Source: Candidatus Latescibacterota bacterium (GTDB taxonomy: Bacteria > Latescibacterota > UBA2968). Taken from it: DNA of 64,000 nt. The notes beneath the pieces were generated by a model. The model was not told the origin of the DNA and made no database searches. It saw only the letters and a list, made by a program, of their open reading frames with translations. Position numbers and translations under genes: made by a program. The stretch covers positions 5,184,001 through 5,248,000 of the forward strand of contig OZ244960.1 of NCBI GenBank assembly GCA_965222605.1. Direction: 5' to 3'. Shown here piece by piece: positions 32,729 to 43,500 of the stretch; within the stretch, counting starts at the first letter, position 1; every line of letters starts with the position of its first letter.

Positions 32729-34102
32729 TCAGACATCAGCAAATTCATACAGAAGTGCAACCGCCGACTTTTCGCATGCCCGCAGGCCCTCCACTTCGAA
32801 ATACTCGTTAGGGGCGTGCAGCAACCAGCCGTGACCGAGTCCCGACATCACAAAGGGCAGGCTCAACGGGGGCTTGCTGAACAACACCTGCGGAGCCGTT
32901 CCAGGTAATATAGGCACAACGCCAGGCTCGGCGTCTAACCTTTTGAGGGCTCTAACGGCGGCTTGCGCGATATGCTCTTTCGACGATGTCCTGGCCGGAT
33001 CGTATCCGGTCACAAATCTCAGTTCGATATCACCATACCCATGCCGGTCCAGATGGGCGCGTACCTTGTCCAGAATCTCCTGGACAGTCATATCCGGCAC
33101 CAGCCGGATGTCTATCTTGCACATCGCCGAAGCTGGCACAATCGCCTTGGGTCCAGGCCCAGTGTAGCCGGACAGAAAGCCGTCGATATTCAGGCCAGGC
33201 GCAAAAATCGCTTCTCTGACAAGGTCCAGGCCATCGAGCCCTTCACGGAATTCCGTAATACCGTACATCTCTTTGAAGGCGCTGGGACCCCAGATATCGA
33301 GCAGGTCGGTGAGCATGCGCTCATCCTCCTCGGTGGGAGGTTGCACATTCTCATAAAAGCCATCAATCGCGATTCGGTCGTCGGCTCCGCGCATAGAATG
33401 AAGCGCCCAGATCAACCGCCACACCGAGCTGTTGACCACGGGTCCGACCATGGAATGCGCATCGGTCGGCAGTGTTTTGACCACCAACTCAAAGTAAGCA
33501 ATGCCTTTGAAACCCAGACTTACCTGCGGATGGCCTTTAACGGTCTCCAATGGAAGATGGTAGTACATTGCATCGGCCGTCTTCAACTCATCTGTGTACT
33601 GCTCAATAAACTGAGGCAGGTGCCGACTGCCCAATTCCTCCTCGCCGTCTATGAGGAAAATGAGATTGACGGGCACATCACCCGTGACGGCCTGAATGGA
33701 GTGGACGGCGTGAATAAAAGCCATCAGCGGTCCCTTGGTGTTTATGGCGCCCCGGGCAATGATACGGCCATCCACAATCCTGGCCTCAAAGGGCGGCGAA
33801 TCCCAGGCCTCCAGCGGATCTACCGGTTGGACGTCATACATGCCATAGACCAGAAGGGTACGATCGCTGTTCCTGGACGTCAAGCGGCCGTACACGACGG
33901 GATGACCGCCTTTCAGAGGAACCAGCCTCGCGTCTGCACCCAGGTCTCGCAGCATCTCTGCGGTCATCTCGGCACACTCTTGTATCCCCAAGTTCTCCGT
34001 TGAGATGCTGGGTTGGCGAAGATAGCGTTGCGTAGCTGCCAGATGATCGTCGAAATGTTGATCAACATATTCGAAAATCTGTTGAAGTGTATCCTCTACC
34101 AT
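32729..34102 (-). CDS. M20 family metallopeptidase/amidohydrolase
   Basis: YGMYDVQP, ARGAINTKG, GEEELGS, HAPNE. Confidence 0.88.
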   Translation of the reverse strand: MVEDTLQQIFEYVDQHFDDHLAATQRYLRQPSISTENLGIQECAEMTAEMLRDLGADARLVPLKGGHPVVYGRLTSRNSDRTLLVYGMYDVQPVDPLEAWDSPPFEARIVDGRIIARGAINTKGPLMAFIHAVHSIQAVTGDVPVNLIFLIDGEEELGSRHLPQFIEQYTDELKTADAMYYHLPLETVKGHPQVSLGFKGIAYFELVVKTLPTDAHSMVGPVVNSSVWRLIWALHSMRGADDRIAIDGFYENVQPPTEEDERMLTDLLDIWGPSAFKEMYGITEFREGLDGLDLVREAIFAPGLNIDGFLSGYTGPGPKAIVPASAMCKIDIRLVPDMTVQEILDKVRAHLDRHGYGDIELRFVTGYDPARTSSKEHIAQAAVRALKRLDAEPGVVPILPGTAPQVLFSKPPLSLPFVMSGLGHGWLLHAPNEYFEVEGLRACEKSAVALLYEFADV

Positions 34103-34124
34103 TTTAACGCCCTCCTGATCAAAT

Positions 34125-34952
34125 CTACGGATACATCTTGTCCCCTAACGCATGCTCTGTCGGCAGGTAATCGCATGTCCCCCGGCCGCCATCCACCAGG
34201 ATAACCTCGCCGGTGATAAAGCGCGCGGCCGAGGATGACAAAAATACAACGATCCCGGCGACATCCTCCGGTTCTCCGATGTGCCCGAGGGCAACGCGCT
34301 CGGCCTGTGCCTTTTCAGCGCCGGGCGTGAGCGTATCGCCCCAAATGTCGGTCCGAATCGCACCGGGTGCCACGGCGTTGACCGTAATTCCATACTGCCC
34401 CAGATCTCGGGCACAGCACCGGGTAAAGGCCTCCATCGCACCCTTGGAGGCGCTGTAGGCAGCCCTCGCAATCCAGCCCAGGCGGGCGTTGAGCGAACTG
34501 ATGTTGATGATCCGTCCACCGCCCCCGGCATCAATCATAACTTGAGCCGCGATTTGCGTACAGAGAAAGCACCCCCGAGCATTCACCGCAAAAATCCGTT
34601 CCCAATCGGCATCGGTCGTATCGAGAACAGAAACGGCGACATCAATACCGGCGTTATTGACCAGAATATCGACACCGCCAAAACGTTGAACCGCTGCCTG
34701 GATCATCGCCTCCACCGCTGTGCGATCCGACACATCGGCCTGGATCGCCATAGCCTGTCCTCCATCCCGTTCAATCTCACCGACCACGCTCGCGGCCGCC
34801 GAGGCATTGGCGGTATAGTTGACGGCGACCGCCGCCCCCTGACGTGCCAACTCGCGGGCGATCGCCCGGCCGATGCCCCGGCCCCCGCCCGTCACGACCG
34901 CAACGCGATCTTTTAGGCCTTGAAGAGGGGATGGTTGTATATCGTTCTCCAT
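34125..34952 (-). CDS. SDR family oxidoreductase
   Basis: TGGGRGIG, NNAG, YSASK. Confidence 0.9.
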   Translation of the reverse strand: MENDIQPSPLQGLKDRVAVVTGGGRGIGRAIARELARQGAAVAVNYTANASAAASVVGEIERDGGQAMAIQADVSDRTAVEAMIQAAVQRFGGVDILVNNAGIDVAVSVLDTTDADWERIFAVNARGCFLCTQIAAQVMIDAGGGGRIINISSLNARLGWIARAAYSASKGAMEAFTRCCARDLGQYGITVNAVAPGAIRTDIWGDTLTPGAEKAQAERVALGHIGEPEDVAGIVVFLSSSAARFITGEVILVDGGRGTCDYLPTEHALGDKMYP

Positions 34953-35000
34953 AATTCCGGCCTCCAGGACAATTTCTGAAAAACGGGCAAAACCGGCTCC

Positions 35001-36197
35001 TCAAAGCTCCGCACTCGACGCTTCCCCGTAGGGCAATGGATAGAGCGATTTCATCTCATCGTGCCGATCCGCAATTTGTGGGATGGAGATCGGCCGATGC
35101 GCCACCTTCGACTCTTTGACCGCAACTGCTCCGGCACATGTGCGCGCCGCTTCATAGACATTGATTTCCGACATGCAATCGTTCTCGATCGAGTGGATCA
35201 GGTCCATCCAACTGAAGAACTCCACACCGCCATGCCCCACCTTCCGGACCATCTCCCCGGTGATCCACTCCGGTATTGGAACCGGCGGCACCTCAATCGG
35301 ACGCATCTCGTAAGGCCCGGTATAAGGCTTGGGTCCGGCGCCGTCCTCCACCAGACATCCGTAAAGCCCCGTACTGTCCGGGGGCACAGGCAGATACCCC
35401 GTAGATTCGATCGTGCCCTTTGTCCCCCACACCGATTTTGTAATTTCCTTGTAGGGACGCCTCGCTGCCTTTGAACACTGGACCCGTGCAATCGCCCCAG
35501 AGGCCGTCCGAAACAGAGCCACATCGTGGTCGTCCACGTTCCGACTGGGCAGATTCTTGCGATTGCCGTAGGCGAAAACCTCTGTGAAGTCCTCTCCCAG
35601 AAACCATCGGGCCGTATCTACAGCATAGATGCCGGCTCCGGCAGACACAGATTCCTGTGCCTTCACCCCGTAGCCCATCCGAAAACCCTCTTTTTTCATG
35701 AGCCCGCCTCCGCCTTGCTGCCGAATATCCTGTAAATATTCGCAGATTACGTAATAGATCTCTCCCACCTGGCCATCGTCGATCAACTGCTTCATCTTTA
35801 CAGACTCCGGGATCCATCGGTCCGGACAGTCCATCTGGACCTTCAGATGTCGGCGTTCGGCCATCGTGATAATTTTCCAGAGCCGTTCCATGGACTCATT
35901 TTCCATCGGCGTCTCAACCATCACATGCTTGCCGGCATCCAGTGCTGCCAGCACCATCTGCCCGTGGATATGACAGGGCGAACAGATACACAGAATGTCC
36001 AGGTCCGGGTCCGAAAGCAAGTCCGCGTAATGCGTGGTTGTCTTGCCTATATCCAATTCCCCAGCCGTGTTCTGCAGCCGCACCTCGTTCACATCACAGA
36101 TCACAGTGCACTCGGTCTGCTCAAGGTATTCGTGGGTTAGGCGAACGTGGCTTCCCCCGTGACCGAGCCCGACCACACCGACCTTGTAAGTCTTCAT
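35001..36197 (-). CDS. Gfo/Idh/MocA protein, GH109-like subtype
   Basis: Start at MKTYKVGVVGLGHGG (36197); ETP instead of EKP, EYLQD, VGHGG; clear paralogue of 28504..29742. Confidence 0.82.
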   Translation of the reverse strand: MKTYKVGVVGLGHGGSHVRLTHEYLEQTECTVICDVNEVRLQNTAGELDIGKTTTHYADLLSDPDLDILCICSPCHIHGQMVLAALDAGKHVMVETPMENESMERLWKIITMAERRHLKVQMDCPDRWIPESVKMKQLIDDGQVGEIYYVICEYLQDIRQQGGGGLMKKEGFRMGYGVKAQESVSAGAGIYAVDTARWFLGEDFTEVFAYGNRKNLPSRNVDDHDVALFRTASGAIARVQCSKAARRPYKEITKSVWGTKGTIESTGYLPVPPDSTGLYGCLVEDGAGPKPYTGPYEMRPIEVPPVPIPEWITGEMVRKVGHGGVEFFSWMDLIHSIENDCMSEINVYEAARTCAGAVAVKESKVAHRPISIPQIADRHDEMKSLYPLPYGEASSAEL

Positions 36198-36229
36198 TTC
36201 CAGCCCCCCACTTTTAAATAGTTTATAGG

Positions 36230-37015
36230 CTACACCTTTTCCAGTTCCAGGATCATCCCCGTGCCCTCGACACGCGTGTAAGCGTAAGACACCCCCTTGG
36301 GATGGTAGATCGTCGCCGGAGAGGCACCCTGCACGCATCCCTGCTCGGACTGGATCTCCACCTTCAGCGTCTTCTTTGGCGCTCCGATCAGCAGACTTGC
36401 CCCATCCGCCACCGGGCGATGGGATTTGAACTGATTTGCGGCCAGTTGGTCCGCGACGACCTGGTAGATCCTCAAAAGGATGCCGGGTTGTGCGAACCGG
36501 CTGTCGATGAATGACCATCGCTGAACCTCACCCTGCCCATCCATCCTCTCTGCGGCCTTGTAAACGTCCTCCACGGCCGGGGCCGGGATCCGCGAGGTAT
36601 CCACCTCTCCCGGACCGGCCAGCGATGCCTCGTAATCTCCCCGCAGGTTGACGTGAAAAGACCAGCCACTGCCGTCCACCAGTCTATAGTGATGCAGTGT
36701 GTACTGCGGAATCATCACCACCGCCGGGGCGTGTACATCAAACGTCCTTCCCTCAATCGTCACCGTGCTGCGAAGCCCGGACAGGTCCTCCCTGTCACCC
36801 AGAAACACGTAGAAGGTATTGCAATTGTGCCGGTGGTCCTCCAGCCATTCCGGCTGGTCTATCGGGACATCGTCCACCCGCCGCCCCACAACGTAGAGCA
36901 CGCTCTGCGGATAGACCTGTCTCCCGACGAACACAAACCGCCTCCCGGGTGCCAGATCGCTGTGGTAGGGCACCTCCGATGTGCGGCGTTCCTGCGGTGC
37001 AATCAAAACAGACAA
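36230..37015 (-). CDS. Hypothetical bicupin-like protein
   Basis: HRHNCN...APAVVMIPQYTLH in the N-half; degenerate copy (SPATIYHPKG) in the C-half; TTG start. Confidence 0.6.
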   Translation of the reverse strand: MSVLIAPQERRTSEVPYHSDLAPGRRFVFVGRQVYPQSVLYVVGRRVDDVPIDQPEWLEDHRHNCNTFYVFLGDREDLSGLRSTVTIEGRTFDVHAPAVVMIPQYTLHHYRLVDGSGWSFHVNLRGDYEASLAGPGEVDTSRIPAPAVEDVYKAAERMDGQGEVQRWSFIDSRFAQPGILLRIYQVVADQLAANQFKSHRPVADGASLLIGAPKKTLKVEIQSEQGCVQGASPATIYHPKGVSYAYTRVEGTGMILELEKV

Positions 37016-37169
37016 ATGAATCCCTAAAAAAAACAGGTGTCCCTTGGATATCCGTTTAATTCAAGAATACGGTCAAGGACCACCAGGTAAAAAATGAGGA
37101 CAAAAGACAGGAAGAAGAAAACGTGAGGGAAATAGCTGAGAGTGAAACACGAGAACAGTCCACAAAATC

Positions 37170-37207
37170 AACGCCGGGGGCGCGGGATAGTCCAAGCCCC
37201 CGGCGTT
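37170..37207 (-). terminator. Strong hairpin/terminator after the PorV-family gene
   Basis: AACGCCGGGGGC / GCCCCCGGCGTT 12-bp stem followed by GATTTT on the minus strand. Confidence 0.7.
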
Positions 37208-37228
37208 CGGCATACCGTTACAGACGCC

Positions 37229-38173
37229 TCAGAACGTTCCGTTCACCGTGAACCTCAAAGGTGCGTTGAAGAAATCACTATGGGTGTAAGCGATGTCCAC
37301 ACTTAGCGACGCGGTGCCAAAAGTCCGCTTGAGTCCGGCGCCGATGCTGAAATCCTCGGCGTCGTAATTCCACTTGTACCCCCCTCTCAGCGCCAGTGTA
37401 TTGGCCAACCACAGCTCAGCGCCCAGGTGGACGCGTCCTTCGTAATCGATCGCAAATACGTTCTCCGCTGAAAGCGTCAGGTAAGTGGGATCTCCCACCT
37501 TTCCGACCACCTCCATAGCCCCGGCGATCGTGTAAACCACCGGCATAAAAGCGCTCTCTGCAATAACGGTGTTGTCCTGTCCGAAATTCTTCAGGGTCAT
37601 CGCCAACCGGGAGTTCCGGAAGCCAGTGTAGAAAAGCGTACCGACGCTGGCGTCAAAAGTAGTGTTCGAATCTTCGAACAGGGACTCTTGAAGGTACCTG
37701 AAGTTCGCGCCGAAAGAGAGCCGATCGGTGAACTGGTAGGCATAGGCAACGCCGATTGCGAAGTCGTCCCCCTCTACCATCTTGCCGGTGCCTGTGGGTT
37801 CGAAAATGGTCGTCTCTTCAAACGGCTTCGTCTGGAACGACACCATGCTGACCCCTAAGACCGAAGCACCGAAACGATAGGCCACAGCGCCCGAGTAGAG
37901 TTTTGAATCGGCAAACCAGCGATTGTAAGAAAAGGTATATGCAGCCCTCTCGATGTGGGTCAGACCGGCCGGATTCCAGAAGATGCTATTGATATCGTTA
38001 GAAATGGCCATATACGCAGATCCCATCGCCACAGGGCGAGCCGATTGGCCAATCTTTACAAAGTTGAACCCGGTCGTACCCAGTTTCTTGAAGATGGCCT
38101 CTGCATCCACGGCCAGAAGCGGCCCCATCAGTGCGGCCAAAGTGGCTATCCACAGAATTCGTCTCATTCTCAT
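37229..38173 (-). CDS. PorV/PorQ family (FadL-like) outer-membrane beta-barrel
   Basis: Signal peptide; F.KIG.SARPVAMG.A...IFWNPAGL; C-terminal F; AAAGGAGG RBS before ATG 38173. Confidence 0.82.
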   Translation of the reverse strand: MRMRRILWIATLAALMGPLLAVDAEAIFKKLGTTGFNFVKIGQSARPVAMGSAYMAISNDINSIFWNPAGLTHIERAAYTFSYNRWFADSKLYSGAVAYRFGASVLGVSMVSFQTKPFEETTIFEPTGTGKMVEGDDFAIGVAYAYQFTDRLSFGANFRYLQESLFEDSNTTFDASVGTLFYTGFRNSRLAMTLKNFGQDNTVIAESAFMPVVYTIAGAMEVVGKVGDPTYLTLSAENVFAIDYEGRVHLGAELWLANTLALRGGYKWNYDAEDFSIGAGLKRTFGTASLSVDIAYTHSDFFNAPLRFTVNGTF

Positions 38174-38195
38174 GCCTCCTTTCATGGTCGCACGG

Positions 38196-40412
38196 TTATT
38201 TGACAATCATAAAGGTTCCGGTCTTCTTCTCACCCTCGCTCCCCGGCATCAGCGACTCCACCACGAAGAAGTACTTTCCCGTCGAGACCTTCGACGCGAA
38301 ATTCAGCACCACCTGATTCCAACTCGTCTCCCCCCGAACCGGAGACCTTGTCCGCACCGGGTTGTCCACCACCGCGACCAGATCTCCAGAGACGGTAAAG
38401 ATCGAGATCTTGCACCTTCTGGGTACATTTACAAACCGGATCTCTTCGCTACCGCCCGGGTAGCGGTGGATATCGTCGAGTCTGAACGGGTTGGGTACCA
38501 CAATCACCGGATCTTCGAATCGGTCTTTCTTATCGGAGGCCACCACAAACGGTATGCTTCGCAGGTGCGTCCTCGTTTCGGGCGCGCCGTGTCCGCTCTC
38601 CAGGGAAGGGATCGCCATCCCTGTGCCGTTCCAGTCGGCGTGCCCAGAGTCGTAACTCCGGACGGAATACCAGTAGCTGAACCCCGCCAGCGAGGCGGCA
38701 TCCTTGTAGCTATGCGTGCCAGTCGGGATATCTACCAGAAGCTCCCATGGCCCCATAGACGTGTGCTCCGAACGGTAGATCCGGTAGCCGGCCACATCCT
38801 TCGCCTCGGAGGTCCCCGCATAGTCGGGATCTTCGGCAGCCTCTACATCGGCAGACCAGGACAGCAGGTTGTTTCCGTCCTCATCGCTCTCTACCGTGAA
38901 TCTGATGTCGGGCGGTGCGTCCGGGATATCGTAGTTGTTGGCGTAGGCAAACCGGGCCCGATCCAGGTGCTGGGCCAGTGCCCGTTCGCCGTCGGACACC
39001 TGAGCCTGGGCACCCGACTGTCTGCTCCACCCAAAAATGTCCACCGTCCCCCCTGAGCTTGCAAATTCGGCCCCGGTGCCAGCCACCCAGGCCACCACGA
39101 TTTTGGCCTTATCGCCGGGCCCCAGATCGTAGGGTCCATAGGTCTGGGCGAAGCCCATGGTCATAAGCTCTGTGGGGTTGTCCTGGGGGTGCTTCGGCGA
39201 GATGGGGCGCGTCCCCTGCCCGGTCATATCCAGGTAGATCTGCTCGTCGGACATAGGATGCTCCGGCGTATCGATGTCGTCCAGGCTGCGGATCTGCCAC
39301 CAGAAGGGGTAGGCCGGCTGGTCGGGATTCTTTGGTGCCACATAGACCTCGTCGTCCTGGGCGAACCCGTCGGTCGGATCGGCGTCTAACAGGGCCAGCC
39401 CGATATACTGAAATGCCCGGAGTTGCCCTTCCACGATGAGGCCGGAGTTTCGGACATTGCCCGGGGCCTCAGCCAGCCGGGCAGGCTCTCCCGTGTCATC
39501 GGTCTGGTCAAAGGGGTAGTCGCCGTCATAGACGTACTGGATCTTTTTTCCCCTCAGATCCGCGTGGCCGTCGAAATTGGGCGCTTCGCTGTATTTGAAC
39601 CAGTCGTCCTGCACCCGGGTGTCCACACCCTCCCAGCCGCTGGTCCAGCCCGTCCACATGTGTCCCGCCCGAGAGATTCTGGGCAGATTGAAAAATGAAA
39701 GGTAGGTATCGTTCAACTGCTTCGTCCCGGTATTCTCCAGAATGACCTCTTGAATGATGAAGTCGTCGTAGTCCGGGTAGCCCCACGCCTTGGCCTTTCG
39801 AGTCACGACGATTCCCGTTTCGGTGCCCCACTGCGTAATCAGGATTTCCTCGGGTTGGGTGTTGTTGGGAATGTACCGGTTGTAATCGAAGTTGTGGATT
39901 TCAGTCACATCGTTGACCACTGGCGGTGCCCCCGGCCAGTAGTTGGCTGTCACCGCTCCAGTTGCCGGGGAGACCGTCCGCACCCCCAGGTCTTTCTCTG
40001 GACCGGCGGAGGCATCGTAGGTCATCGGCATGATATCCTCTGTGACGATCCGGGGGTTGGACATCGACACATTGTAGAAGCCGCTCTCGTCCTTTGTCAG
40101 CACATAGATTCCCTCTCCCTGGCTGGTGTGGGTCGAACGGTCCGCAAAGTCGATGCTCTCCTTAACCGCCCAATGGTCTTCAAAGTCTCCCTCCAAAATG
40201 GGAGCACCGGGGTACATCAGGCCCGCGTCCCACAGCCTCGCCCAGCTCCTGGTCATGCCCTCGGTCTTACCCTGGATGCCGTTGCTGCGATAGCCCGACC
40301 AGAGCAGCCCCCGGGTCAGGTTCCGCATCGGCGCAGCCTGGGCCCAAAGGCTACACGGCAGGAACAACAGCGATAGCACCACAGGCCAGAAGCCTATTCT
40401 CACTATTCGCAT
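38196..40412 (-). CDS. Secreted protein with FnIII-like domain and T9SS type-A-like C-terminal domain
   Basis: SPI signal (LWA/Q); GYRIYRS...YWYSVRSYD FnIII-like region; CTD motifs VVPNPF, IFTVSGDLV, GKYFFVV, GTFMIVK. Confidence 0.78.
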   Translation of the reverse strand: MRIVRIGFWPVVLSLLFLPCSLWAQAAPMRNLTRGLLWSGYRSNGIQGKTEGMTRSWARLWDAGLMYPGAPILEGDFEDHWAVKESIDFADRSTHTSQGEGIYVLTKDESGFYNVSMSNPRIVTEDIMPMTYDASAGPEKDLGVRTVSPATGAVTANYWPGAPPVVNDVTEIHNFDYNRYIPNNTQPEEILITQWGTETGIVVTRKAKAWGYPDYDDFIIQEVILENTGTKQLNDTYLSFFNLPRISRAGHMWTGWTSGWEGVDTRVQDDWFKYSEAPNFDGHADLRGKKIQYVYDGDYPFDQTDDTGEPARLAEAPGNVRNSGLIVEGQLRAFQYIGLALLDADPTDGFAQDDEVYVAPKNPDQPAYPFWWQIRSLDDIDTPEHPMSDEQIYLDMTGQGTRPISPKHPQDNPTELMTMGFAQTYGPYDLGPGDKAKIVVAWVAGTGAEFASSGGTVDIFGWSRQSGAQAQVSDGERALAQHLDRARFAYANNYDIPDAPPDIRFTVESDEDGNNLLSWSADVEAAEDPDYAGTSEAKDVAGYRIYRSEHTSMGPWELLVDIPTGTHSYKDAASLAGFSYWYSVRSYDSGHADWNGTGMAIPSLESGHGAPETRTHLRSIPFVVASDKKDRFEDPVIVVPNPFRLDDIHRYPGGSEEIRFVNVPRRCKISIFTVSGDLVAVVDNPVRTRSPVRGETSWNQVVLNFASKVSTGKYFFVVESLMPGSEGEKKTGTFMIVK

Positions 40413-40442
40413 CTTGAAACCTCCTTGTGATAATGAAGGAGC

Positions 40443-40485
40443 GCCTGGGATTGGGCCACAGCCTGTGTCCGATTCAATCCCAAGC
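40443..40485 (-). other. Intergenic stem-loop after the TonB-dependent receptor gene
   Basis: GCCTGGGATTG / CAATCCCAAGC stem with an inner CACA/TGTG pair; no U tail. Confidence 0.5.
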
Positions 40486-40512
40486 CCTGGATATAAAAAT
40501 AGAGTTGACCTG

Positions 40513-43500
40513 TCAGAAGGACACCATCACCCCCAACTCGATCTCCCTTGGGAACCCGGCATACCGGCTCAGTTCTCCGGTATCTCCGAACTGTTTGTAC
40601 TTGCCGCTGTCGGGCCTGGGTTGATCCAGACCGTTTTTCCACCAGTCCACACCCGGCCTGGGCTGTAGATCGCGCTGGTTAAACAGGTTCCTGACGTTGA
40701 AATAGAGTGTGGGACGCACCTGGTTGCGGAGCTGGAACCGCTTCACAAAGGCCAGGTCGGCCCGGGTATGCACAGGTCCGAACCACCACTTCGGTGGCTC
40801 GCCAGGTAGTGCGAACCGCCTGGCCCTCCCCTCCTGCATCCGATAGACCAACGTGACGCTGATGTCGCTCCACACCGGTCCATAGTCCGTCGGCGAGTGA
40901 TACATAAACACCGCCGACCCGAAACCCGGCCGTTCGGTGCCGAAGGTCCCCTGGGCTGTGTTCCGCCCCCGGGGATTCACATTAAACTGTTTGTAGGACC
41001 ACATGCCAGGCCAATCCTCCATTTCTTTGATCTCGGATTCCTTTAGCGGATCGTAGTCCGCCGCCGCGCCATTCTGGATGGCCCGGAGCCGTTCGTTGGC
41101 CCGGTGGCCGAATTCCATGATCTCATCGTTGGTCAGCGACACTGGCACTTCCGCTCCGGAATCGCTGCTGTTCACCTGTCCGTCGCCGTTGGTGTCCCGG
41201 GAGTGCGTCACATAGTAGTTGGTTCCGGTGGCGACCCAGTTCGAGTCGGGCACAAAGTAGGTCCGCCACCACCCGGACTGGCGTGCGGCCGACACCCACT
41301 GCTTATTGTACGAAACCATGAATGCGAACCCGTGGCTGAGATTCTTCCTCAGCGACAGCTCGATGCCCCGGACGTCCTCATAGGAGTTGTTCCTCCAGTC
41401 GGCCCCACCGCGCTGGGGGGCTTGCAACTGGGGGTCCCACCAGTAGCTGTTGCCGTAGAAAAACTGATCCGTCCCGCTCTTGTAGAAGACCGTCAGAGAA
41501 CTGATGTAGTCCCCGACAAAGTTCCAGTCGGTTCCGACCTCAAAGCTGGTGGTCGTTTCATACTTGATGCGGTCCCAGAATCCGGACCAGTCCCGCGAGT
41601 CCGATTGGTTCCCGACCTCCGTCGGGTCAATCTGCCCGTTGTTGTTGAAATCTGATGCCCGGGCCCGACTGACCCACCCATACTGAGCGATGTACCATGT
41701 GGAAGGCAACTGGCGAAACACTCCGAAGGAGTAGCGGATCGTGGCTCTGTCGGTGATCGGGTGTGAGACCCCGACCCGGGGACTCCAGGCCTGCAAGGCC
41801 TTGGCATCCACCAGGGGGATGAGTTGTTGGCGCGTCCACGATTTGGTCATCGGCGCCATCGACCAGAGTCCGTGTTCGCCTTGAGGCACCTGGGTGCCCC
41901 AATCCAGCCGGTCGTAGCGGGCGCCCACATTCAGGACCAGCCCGTGAAACTCCATCTTATCCTGGATGTACCAGGACGACTGGATGGGTTCCCACGGCGT
42001 ATCTCTGGTATACGGCTTCCCGGCCACGCGCAGGGAAAAACTCGTCATACTTTGCCAGCGTTCCCATACGGTCAGCACCTTGTCGAACGCGACCTCGAAT
42101 CCGCTCTTGACGAAGTGCCCCTTTGTGATCTGACTGGAGAAATCGAGTTTAAAGTTGATCCGTTCCCGCTTCGTAAACTGATACTCGGTTCTCGTTCTGG
42201 GAGCGGCTGTGAAGTAGCCGTCCGCGTCCCGACGAATGTCCTCGGTAACGCCTTCTCCGTATTGATCTACCGGTACGTTGGTGGTGTCCTGGTTATCCCG
42301 GAAAAAGGAAAGCTTCGCCTCGTAAAATGTCTTGGGCGTCAGGATGTGGGTTAGCGACACATAGGTCAGGTCGTTTTTATACTTGACCTGCCCGGAGCCA
42401 CTTCCCTCCGAAAGAAAGATGTCGCGGCCCAACTGCCTTCTGGCGCCTGAGCCTCCCCAGTAGCTTCCGGAACGGCCGTAGATGCCCCCCACGCCCACCT
42501 TGAACTTTGAGCGCGCATTCCCGGTCAGTTTGTAGGAGGCCTCGATGTTGCCAGGAGAGGCAACCCAACCCGATTTACGGTCTGGGTAGAGGTAGAAGCC
42601 ACGCTGTTTGCCCTCTGGAAACACCGCCGCCAATCCCCGATATCTGGCCGAGGCAAAAAAGGAGGCATTTTCGACCACTGGTCCGGACAGAGTCCCCTCC
42701 AGACGGTGGCCGATCACGCCGGTGTAGTCGGTCCGCTCGTGTACCCTCCGTCCGGTCTCCGGGTCGGTCTCGCCCGTCCAGTTCGAATCGTTCCACTTCA
42801 TCTTATCTTCATAATAGGGGCTGTCATAGACGTTGCTGCCCCAGTGCTTCTTCCCGGCCGGATTCAACAGGTAATCCAGGCTGCCGTGGAAGTCCTTGCT
42901 CCCCTCCTTTGTCACAATATTGACAACACCCGCTTGAGCGTTGCCGTACTCGGCCTCCATCCCGCCTGTAACCACGGCGAGTTCCTGGACAGCACTGGCG
43001 TTGACACCCTGAAAATTTCGGCTGGCGTGCGACCGCCGCTCCACATTGACTGCAGACATGGGCACCCCATCGACGTAATAAACCACGTCACTGCTCCCGG
43101 AGCCAGATGACGACGTGTCTCCACCCCGGATCGAGGTGTCTCCGTCCAGACCGACCCCGGCCAGGAGTTCAAGCACCTGTTCGGTGTCCTTGACGAGGGG
43201 AGCGACATCCTCGATGTTGGATTTATCCAGGATGTATTTTGTGGTTGTCCTGTCCGGCTCCACAGGGGGCCGCTCCGCAACGACCACTATTGCGGCCATC
43301 TCCAGGGCGGTCTCATTCAGGGTAAAATCCACAGTCGTCGTAAAATCAGCGATGGCCTGGACGTCCGTCTTGGAAACCTGGTCGTAGCCGATCATGGACG
43401 TCGTCAGCGTGTAGATCCCCGGATTCACCAGCAAGATCAAGTAGTCCCCATCTGGCCCTGTGGTGGTACCCTGTGAGGTGCCCTCGATGATCACATTTGC

